Shown here: positions 37,501 to 48,700 of the stretch, piece after piece
How the letters are laid out: each line of letters opens with the position of its first letter
Numbering within the stretch: position 1 is the stretch's first letter
NCBI GenBank assembly: GCA_010909165.1
Contig: MU008174.1
Span: 1-64,000, forward strand
Direction: 5' to 3'
Source of the DNA: Anthoceros angustus
Taxonomy: Eukaryota > Plantae > Anthocerotophyta
Length of the DNA stretch: 64,000 nt
Translations under genes and position numbers: made by a program
Notes under the pieces: generated by a model
Told to the model about the DNA's origin: nothing
What the model saw: only the letters and a program-made list of their open reading frames with translations
Database searches by the model: none

Positions 37501-37849
37501 TTACCCTTTTGCTAACGCTGCTTGAGATCGGTGGATGCGCCTTGTTGGCTCGGCAATCCCACGAGTTGTGCAATCCTCAGTTGGGTTTTGACCGGCCGTC
37601 GGTGCTTCTTCGTCCCCAAGACCCCTTTTTGTCACTCCACCGCCTTGTCCCTTCACCGCCACACCGTGACCCGAACCACTTTAGACAAGGAGCTGGTTCT
37701 TCAACAAATCTCACATCTCCCTCGTGTCATCCTTGATCACCCTTCACTCTCCACAGCGTATGTGCCGGACAACGGCGGGCTTTTGTGGGTAACCCTAATT
37801 TCTTGTGTGACTCAGGGGTGACATGCGAGCTCCCAGCTCGAGAATTGCA

Positions 37850-37990
37850 GAAAGGCACCGATGGCAAAACCAATCTCCATCCGGAATCTCTTTGAGCGGT
37901 GGGCGCAAACAAAAGATGTGATACCCGTTACCTGGTCACGGAGGAGCATTAGTTCGGGATCGTGATGTGGCCACAAGAACCGCAAGGTAG
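37850..37990 (-). other. PHD finger downstream of integrase (duplicate at ~35720-35860)
   Basis: C..C...MLL.D...[23 protein letters not shown]. Confidence 0.85.
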
Positions 37991-38199
37991 GTCAGCGGTG
38001 GCCTCCACGCTTGTGGTTGCGTCCTTGTGTCAAGGTTGGGTAGGTGACAAGGCGCGAGATGCCGCATGTGCTCTTTGCATCGGCGACCATCCTGCCCTCA
38101 ATTCAATTACACCTTGCTCTCCGATCGCTGGCGTAAGATTAAGCGACTGTCTTGGCGTCTAAGGTGCGGACGGTCGATCTTTGTAAATACGAAATCTCC

Positions 38200-40400
38200 C
38201 ACTTCAAACTTTCTTGCTTTTGGTTTCCACGAACCACCTCTTGTGAAGCATACCTAAGTTGATCCGGTCTTTGTGCTATGGCGGATTGTCCATCGCCATT
38301 GGCATTACCCGTTGGAATAACCCTCTCTTGCAACTCACGAAAGGCACACCTCGGGATCTGTGCCCGTTCAACGGCTTGGGTATGTGTCGCCACAATGTTT
38401 GGCATCACGCGTTCGAACATGATGTAATATGGGCTGAAACCCAAGGCGCTCGCTTATCCGCAACAATGCCACATATGGCAACTCATCCCAACAACTAGGC
38501 TCAACTTGATGCGGTATTTGCGGCGCGAAGGTTTGAACCAACGCTCCGCCAACCCGTCGACGTGGATGATCTCGTGATGTCACTTTGTGATCAATCGGGC
38601 TACGGTCAAGCGGCGAAACTCACCTCACGAATTCATTGCCACAGTACAATACTTGACACTCCCATACCTACTAAGAACACCTGCGAAGGCTCGTCTTGTA
38701 TCGTGAGCTCCTCACGGAAGGAAGGCCAGCTCAACCCACTTTGAAAAGTGTTCTATCATGAGCATACGATGTCGATTGCCACCTTGGTAGCGGCTCGGGC
38801 ATCAAGTCTCGGACCATCGAAGAAAAGCCCCGATAGGTAATGAGTGCGGCATGACATCTTGACTATTAAACACGGCCTTTCTGGCATCACAAGCGCCTTG
38901 GCCACCTTCCACGTCGGGCATACATACGGACCAGTATGTGTTCTTAAGCATGTGATGCGTCCGTTTAACACCAAAGTGGCCAAGCGTCTTATGCACCTTG
39001 GTCACCACCGCTACATCTTCCATAGGTGGAACTTCTTTGAGAATCCGTGATCGTTTAATACCTTCGTCAGAAATGGTGGCTTATTTTGTTGTAGTTTCTT
39101 GGCGTGACCATGTCGGCCCACATGCCCTTATTGTTGCATGGCTTCTTGGTGTTTCCATATGTCTCGCCTCCTTGACCGATTGTTCCACCTTTTCTTGACG
39201 GACATTAATGCCATGTAGAGGTGGCAAACTTTGTGTGAGTCCGTCGTGCCTTGCCGGTCATATCTCTTTGTTGCACCGGGTTCCCATCGGCATTGAGATG
39301 CACCTTGCACTTTCGATGCACGATTTTATCGTATTAAAGCGGGGTGCCCACCTAGCTTTCCTTCATGTTCGTCATTAGCCAATGTAGTGGTTGATGGTCG
39401 TGACAAGGAAGCTCGTCAAACAAATACCACAATGCAACACACACTGCTAAGCATTCGCCTTCATAGGACAATAATTTGCTTCCTGTTGTTGGACCTACTT
39501 GCGTGTCGACAACCCGCTCCTTCCCTCTTCATCTGTTTGTGCCAACCTTTGCTCCAATTGCCTCCGGTCAGTATATAAGATGAAAAGTTTGTCAAAGTTG
39601 GGTCTTGCATTGGTCTCTCCGTCAAGCGGTTTTTAGCTCTGCCATGCTTGTTCTGCGCGCATGCGCCGGTGGGCACCTTTCTTGAGCAAGTCATACGGAC
39701 TGCGGGTTCCACTCATGTTTCGATGAAACGGCGATAGTAGTTAAGCCCAAGGCCCTCAAGGTGGCAACATCTTTTGGCGGCATAAGGTTCTTTGCACCTT
39801 GGCCAGGCGGCACCACAGGACAATCTTATGTCCCAAATACTCTATCTCTTTGTAGGCAAACTTGCACTTTTGGGATGTGCTTTCAAACCCGACTTGGCCA
39901 ATCTCTGCAGGGACTTCCGGTGTTCAAGATGTTCTCCCAATGTGTTACTAAACACGAATATCGTCTATGTAGCACCTCCTTAGGGCAACCCTTGTAGCTC
40001 TGACCACCCGTGAAAGTATATAGGCGCGTTCTTCAAGCGAGCAGCATCGTTTCCCATTCCCAAAGTTGATCCTTGCCCCAAAACTGTCTTACACTTGTCT
40101 CCCTCTTCAATGACAATCTGGTTGAACCCGGATCGAAAGTCGATGTAGTGAAATACTTGGCTTGCCCTATGGCATCAAAAATTTCATCGAGGGAGTGGGC
40201 ATACCGCTCCATAGGCGTGACTTCGTTCAGCGATAATCCCACATTCTGTCCTTCCATTCACCATGCTCATCCTTCTTCAGCGGCAACAGTGGCGGTATTG
40301 AGAGTTTGACTTCACGATTAGCCTCGCCAACTCCTTGCATCGCTTGTCCACAATCTCACTCCATGGGACTCAACTTATGTGAAATATGGGCTCTTGGTGG
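38200..40400 (-). mobile_element. Gypsy RT, RNase H and integrase (frameshifted)
   Basis: LNEVTPMERY..LDEIFDAIGQAKYFTT, CYIDDI, LKAHPKKCKFAYKEIEYLGH, HKTLGHFGVKRT, GFSPYYIMF. Confidence 0.88.
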
Positions 40401-40619
40401 TGGTGGTGATCTTGAATTTTACTTTGTCATACGCATTCATGACTAAGCACCGGTTGTGTTCGGCATATCCGAATCTTTTGCGATCGTCCTCTGCGCTCTT
40501 CTTCACATTCATGTGTTTCCCTTAGATCATTTTTGTCCCTGGGTGCGTTTCTGTTGTTGCGGCGCTCATTGCGCGGTGCCCCTTGCTTGGTTCTTGGAAA
40601 ACCGTCGCCTTCAGCAAGC

Positions 40620-41500
40620 ACATGGCAAAAGCTATTATCCCTGGTTACTTGGGTGGCCATGCCCACAGCTAACAACCATTGTAAGCAGTTAAGGTCAAAA
40701 GCCTGCCCCACCAGTTTGCATCGATATGCTTCGGAGATACCGTGCGTGAAGGTACCGCATCGCCGAATCCATGGCCCGTTCGCTCCCTTATGGTGGGTTC
40801 CCGATTTCATTCCGTTCATCGGCACCATGCCATCCCTCCCTTGAAGCATATGATTGCGGTCCTTACGGTGTGGGCGAGGCCCTTCGGCACCTACCGTTGG
40901 AAGTGTGGCGGTCTATCCTTTCTGCGTCTTGTTGAGCGTCGCCCTTCCTCAATTTCATCCACATATTTTTCCACGGAATCGTCAATGCCAATCTTTGAGA
41001 ATTTCCACTTCAACCATGTTTGTCCAAAAGCTCCGTCGGTGAGCATATGACCCGATGCTGCATCGATGATGAACTCTTCACCCAACCATACTTTGAGCTG
41101 CTCATAGTCCCTCGGATGTTCTCACGTTTATACCCCATACATTCTCCAAAATGTACCGGACTTGGATTGCGCACTTCCCTTAGATTCGGATCACCTCGGC
41201 CATCTCTGCGTTGCCATAAGCCGCCCGCTGGAAAAGTCGACACTCCCATCCTGCGATTAGCATGCGTCCACAGGACACGTGCCTCAACGCCGTTTCCCCA
41301 CCAACATGATGTCCGGGGCAATCGCTTTGACAACCCTTGATTGATGCTCAGCAATTGAGGATACTTCCTTTGCAACGACAATTCTTGCTTTGGCCACGCG
41401 TGTCTTCTCATCCGACTCGGCCGCGTGTATTTCTTTACCATGCCACTTTTCAACACGGCTTCCAGCCCGGCTGGATCACGCGCATAGCTCCATGAGGTGG
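40620..41500 (-). pseudogene. C5-cytosine DNA methyltransferase domain within pol (frameshifted)
   Basis: Motif I IHLMELCA..AGLEAVL; motif IV PVD.MLIAGWEC; motif VI YILENV (~41138-41155); motif VIII IIDAA..SYAHRR..FWTN; motifs IX-X PTIRER...YRCKLVGQAFDLNCLQWLL. Confidence 0.85.
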
Positions 41501-44500
41501 ATCCACGTCGCTTGCCCTCGTACTACTTCATTGTTGATCGCGGCTCCGCCTTATTGATGTGTGTGCCAGCGCGTGACCCTCGGCGCCTCCGCCATCGCCA
41601 TGCCTTGGATTGTCCTTTCGAACATGCTCTCTTGCCAGCGCTAGACAGCATGGGAGTGTTCTTGATATCCCTTGCCATACGGCACTTCTTCCCTCATCGG
41701 TTCTTGGGTTTCTTCCCATATCTCGCTTGATCGATTTCGCCACACATCTTGTAGTGCCATCATGGCCCCGGCGCTCATCACGTCGCGCATGTCGGTATCC
41801 GCTACATGCGTAAATCTCCCTCTTGCCATCGCGGCACGTAAGCGCTCGGTGTATGGGTCCACCCCATCGCGGACCATGAGTGGCATCCGCGCAACGCCAG
41901 TTTCGGCATCGGACACCAAGCATCGTGCCGATGGCGGTGGAATCTTGATGCGGGTTTGAGCTCAATCCGTATTGGATCGCGGGTTATGCCCATCACTCCT
42001 TAGTCCCTGCGGAGGTGGTGATGCGCACCTCGCATGGCTTTAGCTTACTTCCATACGGTGCGCTGCTGCACCGTGCCCCGGTAACACCGGATCCGGTGTC
42101 AACTTTGGTGCGAAACCATTAACGGTGATTTCCGGTTACGGTTGTTCACCATCGCGATGCCTCCTTTGCCTCCTTTGGTTTCGATGCTCTCCCGTAAACT
42201 AGCAACGCCTCCTTCGAGACTCCTTCCTTATCAAGCTTGCATGCGAAAGGTTGTGCTCTTACTCCCGGATCTCGCGGGCTCACCATGGGTGCATCCATTG
42301 CCCGTTCAAGGAGGATTTGACGCCTTGGCCTTCTTAGCTTGCGGCGACACTCCTTCATCTCCTCACTCTGCTGAAGGACTTGGGCATCTTGAGTTGGTTT
42401 CTTTCCTCGGACTTCTTTCTTTGAGAATTCCCCAAGCTCATGCATTGCCCTTGGGGCCATCAATGCGTATACTTCCGTGTCAGTCGTATTCTTTGGACGT
42501 ACTCGTCGCACTCATGCCATTGCCAATTCTTGCACTGTGCCGCTAAGCAAGGCTTTAGGGTGTACCCTCGCCTAGCTTTATCGGCGACCGCTCACCGACG
42601 CCCTAGGAAACTCGGGGTGGGCACCTGCCTCCGTGTGTCTGTCTTGGCACAAGCTCACGCCTCCTTTTCCTTAGCTCCCGGGTCGATATTACTCGTAAGC
42701 TTTGTGCCCCCCGTAGGCACTTCACCCGTTGCCTTGGTGGTGGCTGCCTGTTGGCTATTCCTTAGCGGGTGAACTCCTCTGCATAGCGTTTACTGCGTCG
42801 TCTCCGGCATATTTCTTCCTTGAAACGGTGCGTGTTCGGCGGGTTGATGCGTCTGACGAGTTATGTTCTTCCCGATCAGCTGGTCGCATCACCTTTCATG
42901 ACCCTTTACGCCATCTCGTAGGCTGCTCCAACTCATAATCAGCACTGCATCATGTGAAGGAAATTGGCAATCACTCTCCTTTGCCTCGCCAAGCGGGCTA
43001 TGTATATTTGGGCGCCCGCATCGTCTTCACCGTGTGTCCTTCACCAGTTGCCTTAGCCTCAGATAGGCGGACCTGAGAGGTTCATTGGGCTTGATGACAA
43101 ACTTTGACAGTTCTTGGATCTTTTCTATGGAGGACACCGGAAACATCTCCCCAAACTTGGCAAACATTTCATCCACCAAATACGTGATTGCATCACCTTG
43201 GAGCTTGACGCCTCTTCCTCTTCGCTTCCCTTTGACGCCTTCTTGGCTTCTTCGCCTCGCCAAAGTCCGGGCATCCCGCAAAATTTGGTCCTTGCAACCA
43301 GAATAAGTCTCCCGCTAGGAAAGTGCTCATTTTCTCGCCATCTCGGGTGTGAACTCGGACTTGTATTTGAGCACCATCTCATCGATTGCCCACCGAACTT
43401 CTCTTCAAAGTCGGCAAGAGACATGCTACTGCGTCGACCGGTGAACACATCGCTTTTGCGCCGACTCATCTCCATTCTTGCTTCGCCAGCACTTTCTTCA
43501 AATGCGATGGGGCGAATGGGACTTTGACTCCACTCGAATCGACCTCCTAATCGGTAGACTGATGGATGCTGAATGACGGAACTGCGGGCTTCTTGGATGG
43601 GTGTATTCTCGTTTGTCCACCCAGAGCGCAAGAACACCATCACCCTCTCACTCTCTTCCCCTGCGAGAGACTATGTACGGCATTCCATCAAAGTGAGTGT
43701 TGGTGCCTCCTTCACCCCGCCAGCTGTGCCGCCTTGTCAATCACTTCGTCCCACAATCTCCGCCAGTGCAGGTTCTAGTTCCGCCAAGGCGGCTAGGTGA
43801 AGAATGGACCGACGCAAAAGATGGAATAATCTATAGCATTCTCGCAATCTCCACCATTGACTTATCTCGAGTGGGTCACGGTTCTTCCGGTTGCTTCACC
43901 TGGATGCTCCGCTCTTTCACGCCAACGCCGGTGAGCTTTGTAAAGGGATTCTTGATGTGCAAAATGGGAATCCTTATGTCTAGGCACAAACGTCACATCG
44001 CCCTTTACCAAAGCTCCGACGGAAGAACCCCTTGGGATCCGTTGCTCAATCGAACAAACATCGTTTCCGGACCTATGCCCCTTTTATCTACCTCACGACT
44101 CGGCGTTCTTGATGAATCGCGGCGCACGGGCGCCGTGACGCTCAATCCGAATCGTGCATATTGGCCGGCCGTTTGGGCAATAATGCCGCCGTGACTACTG
44201 ATCTGCCCTTGATGCCCGGCCTTCTCACACCATTCACACATACACCATATCGCACATGACATACATGCTCACGAACACATACCATGCCGACCATGCGCAT
44301 GGTGCACATACACACATTAATCCGGACATCTCTAGATGCTCCACGCCGTGTCATGACATCCTCCATCTCCCAGTCGCGAACTTCTTGGCCCTGGCTGGTC
44401 CGTGCTTGCTCCGCCACCTCCTGCTCCATCTTGATGGGCGCTATCTCCTCTCGAAGTCTGGATTCTCTCATTGAGAACTCCTTGTCAAGCCGACGCGTCT

Positions 44501-45711
44501 TGGAGTTGTAACTGGTGTCCTTACTGTCCTCCAACTCCCGCCTCCCTTCTACCCCTCGATTCGCCACAGGTCCCGATTTCGGTGCTGGCCTCGATGTTAC
44601 TGCCGCGGCTCGTAGTGCTTGCTCCCGCACTGCTCGGCCTTGAGTTGGCGTGGCTCTCTCGGCCGCCTCCCTCCACTTGGTTCGATCACGCGATGGTGAT
44701 CGCGATGACCTCGCCGTGGCTTAGCCTCCTTGGCCACCTTCACAGGCCTCCGGCTTGGCTGCGGTCGGTCTGCCTCCGCGGTCCAGCGCCCGTTCGCTTG
44801 CGCCCGGGTGCCCTCAGCTTCTGTGCGCTTTCGCCCCTCTGCTGCGGAGGTCCTCGGCCAGCTTGCTTGGCCTCCTTGGCTGCACACTTCCTCCTCGGTG
44901 AAGGAATTTGAATCGATCCTTGCGGATGGACGGACCTCCCTCTCGGTCTCCCGGCGTTTCCCTCCTCAATCCGGCCGAGAGCTTGGCCTTCCTTGCCTCC
45001 TGGGCCCCTCAGCTGCTCACGGAGGAGTACCATGTGCCTCGGGTGGCTTCTACCTCCTGGGTCTTCTCGGCCATCCGCGAGACCCCAAAGCATACCGTCC
45101 ATGAGCGGTAGGGACTCCGCCGTGTTTCTTCCACGGCGGCTGGCAGTGAGGCTCCCACAAAGTCGTAGCGGGCGGCATTTCCACGATCGCCAAGGACCTC
45201 CCTGTCGGGAGTAAGTCGGTGGGTTCCGGACCTGTCGGGACCCTTAGGTCACAGTCTGGCTCGGGCTTCACCCTCCTTGGCCCCTTTTGGCGTGAGCTCC
45301 TTCTCCACCTTTTCTCCACGGGGCTCGGAGGAGGTGAGGAGTCAGGGAGCAAGCCTTTTGCCCCTTCTGACAGCGGCGGACCTCGAGTGCTGTGCTGCCA
45401 GTGTCCTCCTGCTCCTGGCGTCCTTCTGCCCTCCTTCACTTCCTCTGCTTCTTGCCACTCAGGTAGGCGGGGGTAAGGAGTCTTGGCACCGTCTGGGGTG
45501 CGCGTTGGTAACCGTGGTCTTGCGTCTCTTGACTCCCTCACAGTCGTGAGGGCTCCTCGGCCGGGGTTGTGGTGAGTGGCAAGGCTGCGGGGTCGGGCCG
45601 CTTCTGCTGGGTGGTTGCTCGGTTGGGGCACCGGGAGGAGTGAGCGAATTTCTTCCCATACTTCCACTGGGTGGTGGGGGGTCCGTTCAGACGTATGGGT
45701 CAGGAATCCCT

Positions 45712-48700
45712 TCACAAGGTTTTGAGGCGGAGCAAGCGAGAGACTTGAAGAAGATTTGTAGAGAACAAGTGAAAACAATTAATGTCAAAAGATGTCTTAT
45801 ATACAAAATTGTATGTAACCTATGTAACTCTTCATTTAAGTATAAGTTAGATATTCTAAGTGACGTGGTTACTAGTTAACCCTAACAGATTAGGTTCAAC
45901 ACACATGACACCTTGAAATACGAGACCACAAAGCGAGAGAGCGAAACATGGCGGTCTTTGCCGCATTATCAATCTGCAGCTTTGCAATAGCAATCTTCCT
46001 GCTAGGAAAACATTGGAAGCAGGAGAAGAAGAAGCGGTAGCAAAGTGAAAGAGAAGCACACAAGAGGAAATTTGGACACTGCAATGGCGGACATCGCCTC
46101 GCAGGATGGGAAATTCAGCTCAACTTGGGGTGTGTTCAAATCACGGAAGCGCCGGGGTTGCCTCGCCGATGCACGAGACCATGCTCGAGAGAGAAGCGGC
46201 ATGCGGTAAAGTTCCGTTCGGAATAGGATGGCAGGAATGACGATTTGTTGTCTTCAAAGCTTCGTCCGCTCATAACCTGCCAGAAAAAACAATAGCTAGG
46301 GCTGCTAGGACTTGACCAACATGTGTGCTACGTGCGTCAAGGGTGCAGGACTTGCTAGAGAAGAAGATCATGTGGTCTGTGAGGGGGAACTTGACAATAG
46401 AGACGTGTAATCCACTAAGCCCATGGCTGCGAGGTGAAAGCTGTGCTTTGTAGCAGGTAGGGTCTTAGTTAAGAGATCAGCTGTGTTGATGTATGTGGGG
46501 ACATGTTCAATCTTAATGATCTTACGCTCTACTGAATGACGTACAAAGTGGTGATGGATTTCTATGTGCTTAGTACGTGCGTGAAAACGAGGGTTTCCTA
46601 CCAAAGCTATTGTGGAAAGGTTGTCACGAGATCGTGGTAGGTCTAGTCTCGCTCAAAGGTGAGACACACCGGAAGGTTCTTTCCACTACCTTCCTTAGCA
46701 GTGACTTTATATTGACTCGTAGAAGATAGGGCAACTGAAACTTGTTTCTTTGAGCTCCAATTAACCACAGCATCAGACAGAAAGAAGCAGTAAGCTGAGA
46801 TACTCCGTCTGCTCTCGGGATCTGTGGCCCAATCAGCGTCAGCGAAACAAGAAGGGTAATATCTTGTCCATCACCTCTGAAGCATAAACCATAAGTCGAT
46901 GTGCCTTTGAGATAACGTAATATCCTTTTAACTGCCATCCAGTGGTCCTTGCCAGGTCGTTCCAAGTACTGTGAGACAGCACTCACAGCATGTTGAATAT
47001 CGGGCCTGGTCCAACAGCTAATATAGTTCAAGCAACCAACGGCATGGCGGTAGGGTACATCTTTCATAGCTGCTTCTTCATCTTCATCATGAGGTGATTG
47101 ATCAGATGTGAGTTTAACCCCTACACTACCTGGTGTGCTCACAGGTTTTGCTTGGTCTAAGTTGAAACGACGTAGAGTCTCATCAATGTACTTGGTCTGA
47201 TGAAGTACTAGAATTTTGTTGGCTCTATCTCGGAGGAGCTGGACACCTAACACAAAGGTAAGTTGACCTATGTCTCTCACATCGTACTGTTTGTGCAGCA
47301 TTTGCTTGACCCAGCCTAACAGTTCTTTGCTATTTGACGCCAGGATGGCGTCATCGACATAAAGTGCAAGGACAACTAGGTGGCCTCCTTTACAGTATAT
47401 GTAAACATTTGCGTCAGCAGGGTTCTGAGTGAAACCGATGGATCTGAGGTATTTGTCAATACATTTATACCATTCCCTAGCGCTTTGCTTGAGGCCGTAA
47501 AGGGTCTTCTTGAGTCTGCAGACCCAGTCGGGATGCTCAGAGTCGACGAAGCCCTCAGGTTGGTCCATAAAAATGTCTTCTTCTTCAGTAGAAATGCGAG
47601 AGACATCCATTTGTTCCAAGTCCCAATCACGTGCGTGCTAGTGCTAAAATCATTCTAATAGACTGGGTTTTCACTACAGGACTGAAGGTCTCATGGAAAT
47701 CTATACCTGCGACCTGGGAGAAACCACGTGCTACCAAACGGGATTTGTAACGAGCTATCTTGCCTTCTGCATCTAGCTTATGTTTAAAAACCCACTTGCA
47801 GCTGACTGTTTTTCTGCCTGCAGGAAGTGGACACAATTCCCAAGTTTGGTTCTTCATCAACGAGTTGTACTCATCTTGTATTGATGGAATCCAATGATCT
47901 TTGTCTGCACCACTGACAGCTTCCTTGTATGATCTAGGCTCAGAGGGATGGCTAGTCAGTGGCAAAAGGAATACTCAGCTAACCTAGCCGACCTAGTAGA
48001 TCTGTAGTCAACAGACTCATAAGGTGGCTCTCTCCAATGCTCTCTTGAGGGACGAGACCTGCTAGGGTACCGGCTTTCTTGAGGAACTAAGGAAGGTTCA
48101 ATCTGAACGGGTACTGAAGCCTCATGGACAGGTACTACTCCAGCTGGCGGATCATCAAATAAATCAAAATGGTCTGGTGCTTGTTGAAGAGGAACTGCAT
48201 TCTCAACTGTCTCACCACCAATGGGAACATTGTGGGACTGGTCATTGTCACCCCGAACCAGGGCTGCAGCCTTTATCACTGCAAGGAGAAGCGGGAGGCG
48301 GAAGGTGGGACAAAAGAATCCTGAGGAAAGTGAGAAGGAGCTTCATCATCAACATCAACCGGGGCCTCAAAATCAGTAGGTGGCATCGTGTTGTTGTGAT
48401 TGCTCGACATTTGTAGCAGAGAAGTCAGCTCCTTAAAAGTCACACTTCGAGCAAAGAGAGAAGAATGAGAGGAGGGGTCATACAACTTGTAAGCCTTAGT
48501 CTCCTCACCGTATCCAACAAAGATATAAGGCTTAGCTCGGTCCTGAAGCTTCTTGCGTTGCTCGGCAGGTATGAAGGCATATCTTTGGAGGCAGCGAAGA
48601 TGCAATAAAAGCTGAGTCGGCGTTGCGAGATTACCTCATAAGGCGTCGTCCTTCAACAGCACTTGTCGGTTCGAGAATGTACGTGGGCGTGACAATAGCC

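Larger units (their letters stand above)
33515..44358 (-). mobile_element. Ty3/gypsy-type retroelement with DNMT and PHD domains, as a head-to-tail trimer (deleted 33515-~34052, deleted ~34053-36231, full ~36233-44358)
   Basis: TGTC...TGACA termini, TSD tcct at 33511-33514 and 44359-44362; order gag-PR(VDTGS ~42095)-DNMT-RT(YIDD ~39960)-RNase H-integrase-PHD. Confidence 0.85.

Noticed and set aside
40620-41500. Host DRM/DNMT3 gene
   Set aside because: No introns, UBA or PWWP domains; motif order not permuted as in DRM; embedded between protease and RT
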